64,000 nucleotides of DNA from a virus: IMG/VR virus record IMGVR_UViG_3300005534_000012, positions 3,474-67,473 of that record; one strand, 5' to 3'. The notes under the pieces were generated by a model that did not search any database, was not told where the DNA came from, and was given only the letters and a program-made list of their open reading frames with translations. The translations under genes and the position numbers were made by a program. Below are positions 46,981 to 57,768 of the stretch, one piece after another. Each line of letters opens with the position of its first letter. Position 1 is the stretch's first letter.

Positions 46981-47137
46981 ACCCGTGGGAAGAAATGCAT
47001 TGCCCGAATTACAACGCTATAGGCGGCGGGTGTGACGGCTTCATGCGCACCTACGATGCACACGTCGCTGGCATGTTCATGATGAAATGCGACGTGTGCC
47101 CTGCGCAAGTCGTCTGCATGCCCAACGGGCCGAACTG

Positions 47138-47317
47138 ATGTTGTTTTTCAAAAACCTAGAAAGCATGGTACAGCAGGCGCAGACCGTAGTGTGGCGGGTC
47201 AAATGTCAGCACTGCGGGAGCGAATACGGCGTGATGATAGACAGAGCGCCGCTTTACTGTAGCGCCTGCGGTGAGGTCAATCCGCTCGTCACACCGATGT
47301 CGATGAAAGGAACCTGA
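47138..47317 (+). CDS. Small Zn-ribbon protein
   Basis: CQHC...CSAC, TGATG coupling. Confidence 0.55.
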   Translation: MLFFKNLESMVQQAQTVVWRVKCQHCGSEYGVMIDRAPLYCSACGEVNPLVTPMSMKGT

Positions 47318-47318
47318 A

Positions 47319-47567
47319 GTGAGATACTGGACAGGTCGGTTGCTTATCGCCCTTGGAATCACGCTGTTGGTGTGTATGTTCGCATACTACGATGTGTACG
47401 GCTCGATTTTGGTTTACCGATTTCAAAACGACTGCGCCGATGTAAGCGGTCATATCATGAGCGATGGCGGCCCGAGCAGTGTATGCGTCGATAGCAGTTA
47501 TAATCACGATTTGTTTCGCGCCCCTGTCATGTGGCCCATGCACAACTATCCGGGAGCGTCCAAATGA
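47319..47567 (+). CDS. Small membrane-anchored protein
   Basis: N-terminal TM helix, AAGGA SD. Confidence 0.55.
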   Translation: MRYWTGRLLIALGITLLVCMFAYYDVYGSILVYRFQNDCADVSGHIMSDGGPSSVCVDSSYNHDLFRAPVMWPMHNYPGASK

Positions 47568-47857
47568 TGCAAGCAACGCCGCAGACGACCTCACAGATAG
47601 CGTACCAGCGTTCAAGGCGCGGTTCGCAGGACAGACTTCGGCGCATTGAATCATTCGTCCGCAGTCGGGGAATAATGGGCGCGACGGGTGACGAGATAGA
47701 GATTGAACTGGGAATCAAGCACCAGTCGCTTGGTCATCCCCTTCTCCAACTGCGAGAGAACAACGTCCTGTGGAACAGCGGAAAAACTCGCCCCACTCGC
47801 TCGGGGTACGCCGCCATCGTGTGGGTGCATCGTTGGTATAAATTGGAGGGACATTGA
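47564..47857 (+). CDS. Winged-helix DNA-binding protein
   Basis: GATGDEIE..LG..HQS...SGKTRPTRSG..AIVW. Confidence 0.7.
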   Translation: MMQATPQTTSQIAYQRSRRGSQDRLRRIESFVRSRGIMGATGDEIEIELGIKHQSLGHPLLQLRENNVLWNSGKTRPTRSGYAAIVWVHRWYKLEGH

Positions 47858-48588
47858 GAATAGTCTGCATCAGCGATACGCATACGTATGGCCCGATAAT
47901 GCAACGCCCGATACCATTGGGCGACGTGCTCATCCATTCTGGGGACCTAACATTTCGAGGCACAGAAACCGAGGTTCGTGCGGAGTTAACGTGGCTGGCA
48001 TCGCAACCGCATGAGAACAAATTGTTCATCGCGGGAAACCATGACTTCTTCTTCGACCCCAATCATCCGGCCGAATTTCGTGGGTGGAAACTGCGCCCGC
48101 ATATCGAGGTTGCAGATATGCTTGCTGAATTGCCGGGGTTGACATATTTGGAAGATTCGGGTGTTCTCATCGACGGAATCATTTTCTACGGTTCTCCGTG
48201 GCAACCACCGTTCTATGATTGGGCGTTCAATCTGGGGAGTCGTGGAAATCCTTCGGCGCAGGAGGTGTGGTCGAACATTCCCCTAGATACGAATGTGCTC
48301 ATCACGCACGGCCCCCCGGCGGGAATACTCGATTGGACCTATGATACGATGCGTAAACCCCACTATCTAAACAATGATGAATATGATTTTGGGGGACGAG
48401 ACAATCGTAAGGGGTGCCCCGTTCTGCGAGAGAAGATTGCAGAATTGAAACAATTAAAACTCCACACATTCGGCCATCTTCATGAGGCGTATGGTTTTGA
48501 AGAACGAGACGGTGTGATGTTCTTCAATGCCGCTATCAACACCCGCGAATATGAGCCGATAAATCCCCCAATGGTATTTGACCTATGA
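47854..48588 (+). CDS. Calcineurin-like metallophosphoesterase
   Basis: SDTH, GD, GNHD, THGPP, and GHLHE motifs. Confidence 0.92.
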   Translation: MRIVCISDTHTYGPIMQRPIPLGDVLIHSGDLTFRGTETEVRAELTWLASQPHENKLFIAGNHDFFFDPNHPAEFRGWKLRPHIEVADMLAELPGLTYLEDSGVLIDGIIFYGSPWQPPFYDWAFNLGSRGNPSAQEVWSNIPLDTNVLITHGPPAGILDWTYDTMRKPHYLNNDEYDFGGRDNRKGCPVLREKIAELKQLKLHTFGHLHEAYGFEERDGVMFFNAAINTREYEPINPPMVFDL

Positions 48589-48730
48589 TAATCTCACAGA
48601 AACAAGTCGCCCAAATCGTCCGGTCTTATATGCTTAACCCGGAGCCGACATTAAAGTCGCTTGAGTGGTATATGACTGAAGCGTTACGCGAGGCGGGCCT
48701 TGACGTTGAGCCATATCAGGAGGCACCGAA

Positions 48731-49831
48731 ATGACCGACTTCTCTGAACTGCCGAAGAAGTGGCGCGACCAAGCAGTAATGCCGGGTTATACCGATGATT
48801 CCCGCCAAACTCTCTACGAGTGCGCCAACGAACTCGACGAGGCGATAGCCCAACACAAACCCGCACCCCCGGACGGCACCTGGGAGTTGACGCTCAATAA
48901 GTATCAGCGCGACAACCTCATGTGGCTTATCGGACTGTGCGGCTATCCGTACCCCGAGAACGAACCCATCGGTGACTTCCCGTTAGCGAATACGGGAGAT
49001 TGGCTTGGAGAGGTCTATAACCCTCTGGCCCCGGGAGGCGATGTTTCTCCGAACATTTCGCGCCAGAGCGTTCAAGATAGAATTGACTGCAGTCACGAAA
49101 TAAGTCGCAGGCTTATCGGGGACCTGACGAGGCGGTTGGATGACGCGCAGACATATAACGAACGACTCCTCGAAGCCATCCGTGCGCTCTACTATGCAGG
49201 CGTGTGGACGTGTGACAGGGACGTGGACGAGGCCGCACTTTGGACGGCGGTGCGTGACGCGGCTGGATTCCCGCCCGGACAATCACCGAAGCCGGGCGCA
49301 CCCCCGAAGGTCGTGGTGAGCGACCGCATCAAGCAAATCCAAGCCGACCCATCTGGAGACAGAACCCGCCGCGCATTAGAAAAGCAGTTGAACGCGCTAG
49401 AGGGCGGGGTCGTGGTGAGCGATGAGGCGCGGGAACGAGCGGCCCTCGCTGTGGCAAGAAAGTTTGTACCTAGCGCGGTTGCGCCGTCATCCGCAGAATA
49501 CGCGGCCGTAGATGCGGTCCTCGCCGCGCTACAACCCGAGGAGAAGATACTGCGCGATGGTTCCGGCGTTGCTCATTGTTGCGCGACTTGCGGCGTAAAT
49601 CTCCAAAGTCTGTCGGAACGACAATGCGCTAAATGCAGGCTCGCGGACCCTGGACGGTATGCGAAGTTGGTGGCGCGCTCCCGACAAGTGGTAGCAGATT
49701 GGCGCGACGAGCGTTCGAAAACCAACAACCTGATGATGTTGAAATCACTTGGACAAAACCTCTGCGGGGCACTTCACGAAATGATTGGGACCATCGAAGA
49801 ACTGACGAACCGCACCAAGACGACGCCGTGA
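48731..49831 (+). CDS. Hypothetical mosaic protein
   Basis: AGGAGG SD, 366 aa, with a repeated VVVSD module junction. Confidence 0.7.
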   Translation: MTDFSELPKKWRDQAVMPGYTDDSRQTLYECANELDEAIAQHKPAPPDGTWELTLNKYQRDNLMWLIGLCGYPYPENEPIGDFPLANTGDWLGEVYNPLAPGGDVSPNISRQSVQDRIDCSHEISRRLIGDLTRRLDDAQTYNERLLEAIRALYYAGVWTCDRDVDEAALWTAVRDAAGFPPGQSPKPGAPPKVVVSDRIKQIQADPSGDRTRRALEKQLNALEGGVVVSDEARERAALAVARKFVPSAVAPSSAEYAAVDAVLAALQPEEKILRDGSGVAHCCATCGVNLQSLSERQCAKCRLADPGRYAKLVARSRQVVADWRDERSKTNNLMMLKSLGQNLCGALHEMIGTIEELTNRTKTTP

Positions 49832-50212
49832 GTATTTTATGTTTCTTCGGTTTGCACGACCGCAGTCGCGAGGGCCGATTCGACCGCGTAAGCGAGTACC
49901 TGTTCAACTGCGGCATGAGCAAGGCGATTTGGTATCGTTGCCCGAGATGCGGGCGGAATTATTGCGTGTTCGTATGAGCACCAAGACGAAAGGCACGACG
50001 AAATGAACCGCTGCGCTCTTTGCGGCCTGTTCTCCAAGTGGAAGTATCTAAGACGGCGCGATAACGGCATCCCGTGGGACTTCTACGGCGCGGATGAGTG
50101 GATGGAACACGCGCCCGGACACGGCTGTGCGGCCGGACTGAACAAGGGAGAGAAGGCGTGAGCACGTTTGAGGTTCCCCGCGATGCGGCGGCTCAAGCAG
50201 AAAGAGAAATGA

Positions 50213-51505
50213 ATGGAATTTAAGCACCTGTCAGCCTCCAGCATCAACAAATACGTTGATTGTCCGGCGGCGTGGCTGAATGCATACGACGAGAACACTC
50301 GCGTTCGTACAAGCAATCAATATACCGAGGCTGGAACCCTAGTCCACGGGGCCGCAGAGCGCTGGCGTGACCCGAAAAACGGCTATCCCCAGACTCTAGA
50401 GGGCCTCCACGAGGCGTACTACGCCGCGTGCTCGCAAGAGCGGGTCACTGAAAGTCTTGCCGTTTTTAAGCGCGGCTATGACCTGTGTGCGAAGTTGTTC
50501 GAGATGGAATGCACAAACCCCGTAGTACCAATCCACGTCGCCACTACAATCGCCGTAGAACACGCCTTTGACGGTTTCATCTTGGGAAAGTGGACACGTC
50601 CGGTAAAAGGATTCATCGACCGAGTTGCGACGATAGACCGTGCGCAGGGGCCACAATTCCTGACGCTTATTATTGAGGACTACAAGACGGGGCGCGTCAA
50701 GGACAAGGACGAGTTGACGAGCAAGGATGTCCAGCCCACCCTCTATTACCTTTACGCTAAACATGTTCTCATCCCCCAAATCGAAAGCCAAGTCGCAATG
50801 AATGGCGAGCATTTCAAGGTCGTGAAAATAGTGCTCGTCTGGACGTATATCGACGAACAAGAAGTCGTCACCTTGTCAGACGAAGACTTCGATGAAGACA
50901 AATTCGTCAAATACCTCGACGGTATCAGTGCGAAGATGCTTCGGGACGTTGAAGATAGCGAAATGGCCGAACATCAGGGGTTGTCAGAAGCAGAGTTTCT
51001 TGCGAATCGGGAGAAAATCAACCCGTACTGCTCATGGTGCCCTCGGATGAATTCATGCCAAACCTTCCAGCGCATGCTGAGGATGAAGGCCGTGAACAAC
51101 ATGGCCGACCCGAATTTGAACTGGGAGGAGTGGTTCAAAGAACGCGAATCGTTCTCGTCGGTGCGTAAGTATGCCGATGAGCGCGTGAAACAGATGGATG
51201 CGGACTTCCGCATGTATCTACAGCAGGAAAAACTCGACTACGTTGGAGTGGGTAATCGGCTATGGCATGCCGACTATCAAAACGCCTCCGACTATGACAC
51301 CCAGAGGGTTCGGGAAATCTTGGGGACAGAGTTTCTGCTTCTGAACACTTCTATAACGAAGAAGGCGGTAGAGGCCGAGGTCAGTCGCCTCCGGGCGCTT
51401 CTGCCCCCGGAAGACTTCGCAGAAATACAAGCACAACTCGACAAGGCCCTCATTCCCCATCGTGGGCCGTCGGTGGTTCGTTCACGCGCTATGAAAGGAA
51501 AATGA
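50213..51505 (+). CDS. PD-(D/E)XK nuclease (RecB/Cas4-like)
   Basis: LSASSI...CP, GTLVH, GFIDRV, DYKTG, Q..LY, and CSWCP....C motifs. Confidence 0.9.
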   Translation: MEFKHLSASSINKYVDCPAAWLNAYDENTRVRTSNQYTEAGTLVHGAAERWRDPKNGYPQTLEGLHEAYYAACSQERVTESLAVFKRGYDLCAKLFEMECTNPVVPIHVATTIAVEHAFDGFILGKWTRPVKGFIDRVATIDRAQGPQFLTLIIEDYKTGRVKDKDELTSKDVQPTLYYLYAKHVLIPQIESQVAMNGEHFKVVKIVLVWTYIDEQEVVTLSDEDFDEDKFVKYLDGISAKMLRDVEDSEMAEHQGLSEAEFLANREKINPYCSWCPRMNSCQTFQRMLRMKAVNNMADPNLNWEEWFKERESFSSVRKYADERVKQMDADFRMYLQQEKLDYVGVGNRLWHADYQNASDYDTQRVREILGTEFLLLNTSITKKAVEAEVSRLRALLPPEDFAEIQAQLDKALIPHRGPSVVRSRAMKGK

Positions 51506-51741
51506 TGAAACTGTTACGACATCGCGCTTCCAAGCGGAAGGTCGATTTTGCGACATGGTACGATGCGGACCATATCCGCATCCAAATGCTGCCCGCAAAG
51601 GCGGCGTACACCCAGCGGGCGGAAATGTACGAAGCCTCAACAGACGGCAAGCATTGGGTTCCGGTGGCTGAAGTGTTCCCGAAACCGCAGACCTTCACAG
51701 ACCAAAGACCGCACTACGTCCACACAAGGAAGGCGTTATGA
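51502..51741 (+). CDS. Hypothetical protein
   Basis: Translationally coupled ORF. Confidence 0.55.
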   Translation: MMKLLRHRASKRKVDFATWYDADHIRIQMLPAKAAYTQRAEMYEASTDGKHWVPVAEVFPKPQTFTDQRPHYVHTRKAL

Positions 51742-52196
51742 GGCTCGGATTCAATCTCAAGGAAGACCCGCAGGGCATCCTTGAATCTGTCGGGTCAACC
51801 CTGTGCTCGGTTCGAGGAGTTGACGACAAGCGAACGCTATTCCTTATCGGAGTAACGTCTCCGCTCAACAACGTCGGTGCCTTTACCGAAGCACACGTAG
51901 AAATGATTCGCAATATGGATGCGTTGGCTGTCTTCTTCTACGAAGAAGCGTTCGACGTTTCCCATTTTGCGGAATTGTCACCCGTCCAGAAATTCTTCGT
52001 CCGGGGCGTCGAAGACCAACTTGCCCGCAAGGTGGTTTACGTCGGTTGCTTTGCCACCCCGACGAAGATTCAATGGGTGGACGTGCCGTCTGACGACAAA
52101 GACAGGTGGCGCGGGCAGAATAAAGAAGATGTCATGGATGCCGTTATCAACGGTGTGCTTGACGATATATCAGCAGAAAGAGGTGCTCATGAATAA
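51738..52196 (+). CDS. Hypothetical protein
   Basis: Translationally coupled ORF. Confidence 0.65.
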   Translation: MRLGFNLKEDPQGILESVGSTLCSVRGVDDKRTLFLIGVTSPLNNVGAFTEAHVEMIRNMDALAVFFYEEAFDVSHFAELSPVQKFFVRGVEDQLARKVVYVGCFATPTKIQWVDVPSDDKDRWRGQNKEDVMDAVINGVLDDISAERGAHE

Positions 52197-53376
52197 CAGC
52201 GGATGGGGGAGACTCGGTAAGGATGCCCCGCGTGACAGCGGCCTTCCCTTTGTCAATTTCAAGGACGGTGAGGTCGTTCGCGTCCGCCTCATCGCAGGTC
52301 CGGGGAAATACGCAGAACCCCAGCAACGGTGGCAACACTGGGCCCCGAGCGATGCGAAGGTCGCGGGAGCGGTGTCGTGCGCTGGCCTACGCCAGGGGTG
52401 TATCTTCCACGAAGGTCCGCTTGCGTGGCGGTCCAACGGCCCGTTCTACATGAACGCCATCCAATACACGACCGACAAGGATACGAAGGCCGTCACCCGC
52501 ACCATTTTGGTGATGCGGATGAATCGGACGATTGGAGACGCTATCAAAGACCAATCGTTCAACATGCTGGGTATCGACCCGGCCGAGGTGGACTGGCTCA
52601 TCAAGCGCTCAGGCTCGAAAAAGGAAGACACACGCTACGAGGTCACTCGTGCGCAAAACGTCATGGACCCCGGTCCAATCGACCTGTCTCTCTTTCCCGT
52701 GCAAGAAGCGTATGCGGACAAGAACGTGCCGCAACTCATCGACTACGACCTGTTCGACGGTGTCCGGCCGATGACGGCGCTTGAACAGCGGGCGTGGTTC
52801 CAAGCCAACGTCCTCGGCGAGGAACAAGAGGCATTGCCGGGGGCTCCCGCGCAGACCGCACTTGGGGCCCCTGCTCCTGCGCTGTCTTCGCCGGAGAAGA
52901 ACGTCACGCCGCGCCCTGCCCCGCAAATCGGGCTGTCCACGTCACCCCCGCCTGCCCCGCCTCCGACAGAACACTATGCGGCCTTGCCGGACCCGTGGCA
53001 GATGGGAACCTCGATGGGTGAACTGCCGACGCCGAAACTCGAATGGATTGTGCAACAGGGCACAAACGCCGGGTTCCAGCAGAAGCACGTTGATGCGGCC
53101 ACTTCGATTCTCCAAGACAGGGGGGTCATTCCGAGAGGTGTGCCATTCAGCACGTTCAGCGGAATCGAGGCGCTATCGAACGACGAATTGCAGGCAAAAA
53201 TCCGCAAATACGTCGGAGATTCACCGATACTGTCAGGCGTCGGGGAGACACGCAAGTTCTTCACCTACGCTGGCGGGTCTGCGCTTCGAACCCTCCCGCG
53301 TGAGGGACTGCTAAAACTCGTTGCCTTGATTGACCAGGGTGACGACGCTGTGAGGGCCGTGGTACATGCCGCGTAA
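52189..53376 (+). CDS. Putative single-stranded DNA-binding protein
   Basis: F..FKDGE..RVRL, QHW, and D..IKRSG..EDTRY pattern. Located before recA. Confidence 0.55.
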   Translation: MNNSGWGRLGKDAPRDSGLPFVNFKDGEVVRVRLIAGPGKYAEPQQRWQHWAPSDAKVAGAVSCAGLRQGCIFHEGPLAWRSNGPFYMNAIQYTTDKDTKAVTRTILVMRMNRTIGDAIKDQSFNMLGIDPAEVDWLIKRSGSKKEDTRYEVTRAQNVMDPGPIDLSLFPVQEAYADKNVPQLIDYDLFDGVRPMTALEQRAWFQANVLGEEQEALPGAPAQTALGAPAPALSSPEKNVTPRPAPQIGLSTSPPPAPPPTEHYAALPDPWQMGTSMGELPTPKLEWIVQQGTNAGFQQKHVDAATSILQDRGVIPRGVPFSTFSGIEALSNDELQAKIRKYVGDSPILSGVGETRKFFTYAGGSALRTLPREGLLKLVALIDQGDDAVRAVVHAA

Positions 53377-54511
53377 AGCCAAACCTGCGGCAGACAAGAA
53401 GGGAGGCGCGAAAGCGCCTCCGTCTTCTCGTCCTGTCGTTGACATCGCCGCTATCAACAAGATGGTCGTCAAGGAATTTGGCGATGAGGCGATTCCAACG
53501 GTTGAATCGCTCCGTAATATCCCCGTGATTTCAACGGGACTGCTCTCGCTCGACCATGCCCTCGGCGTTGGTGGATGGGCGCTCGGTCGCCTGCATTCGA
53601 TTGAGGGGCCCGAACACAGTGGTAAGACGGCTCTTGCGTTGCTCGGAATCGCGCAAATCCAGCGCGAAGACCCCAACGCGATTGTAGCCTTTATCGACAT
53701 GGAAAAGACGTATTCATCATCGCTTGCCAAGTTGTGCGGCGTTGATATCGACTCCAAAAAATTGCTCATCTATCAGGTCCCCAACGCCGAAGATGCGCTT
53801 TTGCTCGTGACAAAACTCCTCGGGTATGAGGATGAAAACGGAAGATGGGTTCGCAAATATGAAGCGGCGGTCAAGGCGATATGCTACGACAGTTGGGCGG
53901 GGTCTGCCACCGAAACCTCGGGGATGGCTCCTCTCTCCAGGGTGGGAGCGAATTGGCTTCCGCAGATTTCTGGAATGCTGGCCCACACGAAAACAATCTT
54001 CTGGATGATTAACCAAGTCCGGCAGAAACCCGGCGTGATGTTCGGCGACCCCGAATACTCGCCCGGGGGCCAGACGCTCAAACACGCGCAGACGACGCGG
54101 CTGTGGGTCCATAAGCGCGGGCCAGTCGAGAAAGACGACAGCGGGCGGCGTACAGGTCACACGATGGAATTGAAGGTGGACAAGAACAAACTTGCCCCGC
54201 CCTTCGCCAAAGTGTACGTGGACCTGAACTACGTTCGAGGGTTCGATAAGATTTCCGACGCTTATGCCTGCTCCCAAATCCTGGGGATGGATTTCCATGA
54301 GCGTGTCGGCGGGAACAAAATCGTTTTTGACGACATCGAAGCGAATGGCGAGAAAGCGTTTTTCGATGAACTGAGGACCGACCCGGAAGCATTCGACAAG
54401 TTTATGGAGGTGGTTCGACGTGGCATCGAGGCCCAAAGAGAAACCGCTGTCAGAGTCCCCACGGTGGTTGCAGAAGATGGTGACGTACCTGAACCTCAAG
54501 GGGACGACTGA
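53366..54511 (+). CDS. recA: RecA-like recombinase
   Basis: ISTG..SLD.ALG.GG, GPEHSGKT, INQVR.KPGVMFG.PE, and KNKLAPPF motifs. Confidence 0.95.
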   Translation: MPRKAKPAADKKGGAKAPPSSRPVVDIAAINKMVVKEFGDEAIPTVESLRNIPVISTGLLSLDHALGVGGWALGRLHSIEGPEHSGKTALALLGIAQIQREDPNAIVAFIDMEKTYSSSLAKLCGVDIDSKKLLIYQVPNAEDALLLVTKLLGYEDENGRWVRKYEAAVKAICYDSWAGSATETSGMAPLSRVGANWLPQISGMLAHTKTIFWMINQVRQKPGVMFGDPEYSPGGQTLKHAQTTRLWVHKRGPVEKDDSGRRTGHTMELKVDKNKLAPPFAKVYVDLNYVRGFDKISDAYACSQILGMDFHERVGGNKIVFDDIEANGEKAFFDELRTDPEAFDKFMEVVRRGIEAQRETAVRVPTVVAEDGDVPEPQGDD

Positions 54512-55019
54512 GCGCGTCTTAGGAATCGACCCCGGAACGGCCAATCTCGCTTACTGTTTTTTCCGTCCGGGAAAAGACGGGGACCTCATAGTAACGGGTA
54601 AAATCGGTACAGAGCGCCCATTGCCCGTGGGGCTGAAGGTCGAGGCTCTCATCACGCAGTTGGCCGCGTATGTCGAGCCCTGGTCCCCGACTCTTGTCGT
54701 GAAAGAGGGGCCAGCATACGGCATGCCGATGAAGGCCGTTGAAATGGGGCGCATTCATCAGGCCATAGACAGATTTGCTTTTGAGCGAGGTATCCCGCTT
54801 ATCGAACTATCTCCGCAGTCGATTCGCTCATTCATCGGGTCCAAGTCCAAGAGCGATACGAAACTTCGACTGTTCCAAAAATACGGTGTCGAGTTTCGCA
54901 GTGAGGATGAGGCCGACGCTTATGCCACCGCCAGGGCAGGCATCGCTCGCTGGAACGGTGAGTTGAAAACTGCAAAAGAGAAGGCCGCTGAAAAACGAGC
55001 GGCCAGAAAGGCAGGATAA
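54477..55019 (+). CDS. ruvC: RuvC-like Holliday junction resolvase
   Basis: LGIDPG, VKEG, and DEADA motifs. Confidence 0.88.
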   Translation: MVTYLNLKGTTERVLGIDPGTANLAYCFFRPGKDGDLIVTGKIGTERPLPVGLKVEALITQLAAYVEPWSPTLVVKEGPAYGMPMKAVEMGRIHQAIDRFAFERGIPLIELSPQSIRSFIGSKSKSDTKLRLFQKYGVEFRSEDEADAYATARAGIARWNGELKTAKEKAAEKRAARKAG

Positions 55020-55376
55020 TTGCTGACACTTGATACGATTCTCGACCGAGCCGATGAAGACCCGGACTACATCATCGACGAACTGTCAAACATCATTGAC
55101 AACCCGAAAATGGAGATTCCGGCGTCCTTTACGAAAGTTCAGGACGTTCTTATCGGCCAAGAACTGCAATCGTACTACATCGGGATGTACGGCTTCCTCA
55201 TCAGCCTATGGGGATGCGTCCGAGTCAATGCTGGTAAGGATTCCAACCGCATCGCCGTGCGCGATTTCCTTGAGAAAGCCGCATCGGTGTGCAAACTCAA
55301 ATACGAAGCCGCGTCACGGGGCCTGACCGGGTTCCAACTCTTGCAAGAGGAAGCCAAAGATGTCCGACGCATCTAA
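55020..55376 (+). CDS. Hypothetical protein
   Basis: AGGA SD, TTG start. Confidence 0.65.
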   Translation: MLTLDTILDRADEDPDYIIDELSNIIDNPKMEIPASFTKVQDVLIGQELQSYYIGMYGFLISLWGCVRVNAGKDSNRIAVRDFLEKAASVCKLKYEAASRGLTGFQLLQEEAKDVRRI

Positions 55377-55818
55377 ATTCAACCCGATTGTGCACCTCGT
55401 CAAGGTCTTCCGACGGAAGCCGGAAGATTTTAGCACCCCGTGGTGCACAATCGTCATGAATCCAGAGCCCTCGAAAGAGGCGAAACCGGGGCTCTGGAGG
55501 CGATACTCCTTAGAGTTTTACCGCCCTCAACGCCTGCCGGAAGTGTTGGAAAACGGCATCATTGACGTGCTGACCGCGCTTATGACGACATATTCGTGCC
55601 TGAAGGTCAATAAGCCGATGGATGCGCTCAAGCGTAAGGAATTGGAAGCGCTCATCGAACAGGCACAGGCGCGTGACATTTACGAGGCCTTCGATGCCTA
55701 TGTCGATTTAATCGACATTCAGTACGACCGCCTATCAGATATTCCAGATACGATAAAATGGATTGGAGGTGACGGCAATGGTCCACGTAGTTCTCGGCCC
55801 GACAAGGTCAAGACTTGA
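55360..55818 (+). CDS. Hypothetical protein
   Basis: GAGGA SD. Confidence 0.6.
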   Translation: MSDASKFNPIVHLVKVFRRKPEDFSTPWCTIVMNPEPSKEAKPGLWRRYSLEFYRPQRLPEVLENGIIDVLTALMTTYSCLKVNKPMDALKRKELEALIEQAQARDIYEAFDAYVDLIDIQYDRLSDIPDTIKWIGGDGNGPRSSRPDKVKT

Positions 55819-57280
55819 AGGACCGATTGACGAAGCGCACCTTAACCACCTCCGAAAGGAATTGTCGTTTCTTCAACAAGGCGCGTGGTTCTCACAGAGT
55901 TATCGCAATAAGCAGTGGGATGGCCGCACCTATTTCTTGACGAGGATAAAACGGGAATTCCCCACGGGCCTTGCGGCTCGGGTCATCCAACTTCTCCAGG
56001 CGCTCAAACTCGACTACCAAATACAGGACGCAAGGGCGCAGTTCGACAGCGGGGCTGTCCAGTATATGCCGACGCGCAACGAATTTGTCTTGCGCGACTA
56101 TCAAAAGGAAGCGGTTGACACCGCGCTACGTCACGGAAGCGGCGTTTTGCGGATGGCGACCGGAGCAGGAAAAAGCGCTGTTGCTATCTCTATCGTGGCC
56201 GAGTACGAACGACCCGCTATCATTCTCGTCCATCGGCGTGACCTCATGTATCAGATGCTCGACATGCTTCGGGGTGATGACCGAGATGGGCGACGGGTTC
56301 CGGGTATGTGCCTGTACCCCGAGTTGGTGGGCCAGGTCGGGGGAGGCGTCTATGCTCCTAACCTTATCACAGTTGCAACCGTTCAGACACTTTGTGCCGC
56401 TCTAGGAGTCACAGGAGATGACGAAACAGACGAGTCGGATGCTACTGGGGCTCGTCGCTTCAGCGACAGAATTGAAAGATGCCTGTCAGAGGCTCAAGTC
56501 ATTGTCGTCGACGAATGTCACCACGTACCCGCTAATACGATTTACGAAATCCTCAAACGCGCAATATCGGCCCCCTTTAGATTTGGCCTATCGGCAACTG
56601 ACTGGCGGGACGACGGATGCGATATGTTCATTGAGGCGGCTCTTGGACCTCGCATCGTCAATATCTCACTGTCAGAACTTATTGGTCGAGGCTGGCTCGT
56701 CCCGCCGAAAATCCAGGTCTTCGATATCGAGGCCCCGCGTCAAAAATACGAAGGCCCGGAAAGATGGTCGTCCGTCGAAACGCACTTCATTGTCAAAAAT
56801 GAAGCGCTGAACCAACAGTCGGCAAACATCACTCGCAAATGGCATGCGGCGGGGCGCACAGTGCTGACCCTGGTCAACCGCATCGCCCACGGGAAACGAA
56901 TGGCGGAATTACTCAATGGAAACAATGTACGCACTGCTTTCCTCTCCGGCGACGATAGCGACGAATTCCGTAAGGCTACACTCGATGACGTCCGCTCAAA
57001 GAAGATTCGTTCTCTGGTGGCTACTTCGATTGCTGATGAGGGCCTTAATTTGCCATCGCTCGACGCGGTTAATCTCGTGGGAGGTGGAAAATCATCCACC
57101 AAATTGTATCAACGCATCGGCCGAACCCTCCGGCCTGCCCCCGGGAAGGAATACGCTGTGGTCGCTGACTTTATGGTCGGAGGCCATGAATGGCTAGAAG
57201 AACACGCCCGCATCAGGGAGAACATGTACCATCGTGAGCCCGCGTTTGAAATCGTTCCGTCGAGCGTAGACTTGGTATGA
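55778..57280 (+). CDS. Superfamily 2 DNA helicase (UvsW/ResIII-like)
   Basis: LRDYQ, ATGAGKS, DECH, SAT, and QRIGRTLR motifs. Confidence 0.93.
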   Translation: MVHVVLGPTRSRLEGPIDEAHLNHLRKELSFLQQGAWFSQSYRNKQWDGRTYFLTRIKREFPTGLAARVIQLLQALKLDYQIQDARAQFDSGAVQYMPTRNEFVLRDYQKEAVDTALRHGSGVLRMATGAGKSAVAISIVAEYERPAIILVHRRDLMYQMLDMLRGDDRDGRRVPGMCLYPELVGQVGGGVYAPNLITVATVQTLCAALGVTGDDETDESDATGARRFSDRIERCLSEAQVIVVDECHHVPANTIYEILKRAISAPFRFGLSATDWRDDGCDMFIEAALGPRIVNISLSELIGRGWLVPPKIQVFDIEAPRQKYEGPERWSSVETHFIVKNEALNQQSANITRKWHAAGRTVLTLVNRIAHGKRMAELLNGNNVRTAFLSGDDSDEFRKATLDDVRSKKIRSLVATSIADEGLNLPSLDAVNLVGGGKSSTKLYQRIGRTLRPAPGKEYAVVADFMVGGHEWLEEHARIRENMYHREPAFEIVPSSVDLV

Positions 57281-57768
57281 CCTTCATGTGCCGTCAGGCC
57301 CGCAATAGGCTTGGCGCAGAGCCGTGGACGCACGAACGCCAACTGCAAATCGAAATGCTTCTGTTGGCTTCGGCGGGCTACAGCAGACCGCTCGACCAGC
57401 ATGCGGAGATTCTCTATGAAATCCAGACTGACTACTTGGTTGACGACTACCCGGTGGAAGACCTTATTGGGCTGGCGGACCTCGTATGCAAGTATGAAGC
57501 GAAACTCATTCGGAGAACAATGCTTGAAATACGGCCTCGTGGCGTGTATTCTATTCGTTATCTGTGTGGCGCTTTACGGCGTGACGACGGGCGGATTATC
57601 GCCGAGGCCCGTCGTGAAACCCGTATCCAGGACCTTGTTACCCGTTCAACTCGACTCACCGTTGACGACAACCGCGACACTTACCAAGATGTCGATGCCG
57701 TGGAATCCATGTGGAGAGAGTTGGAAACCGATGATAGGATTCAGCAAGTGATTGATGAAGCGACTTAG
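57277..57768 (+). CDS. Hypothetical protein
   Basis: Coupled between the helicase and primase genes. Confidence 0.6.
   Translation: MTFMCRQARNRLGAEPWTHERQLQIEMLLLASAGYSRPLDQHAEILYEIQTDYLVDDYPVEDLIGLADLVCKYEAKLIRRTMLEIRPRGVYSIRYLCGALRRDDGRIIAEARRETRIQDLVTRSTRLTVDDNRDTYQDVDAVESMWRELETDDRIQQVIDEAT

Noticed and set aside
50213-51505. CRISPR-associated Cas4
   Set aside because: It sits in a recombination cluster with SSB, RecA and RuvC, so it is better explained as a stand-alone phage PD-(D/E)XK exonuclease.
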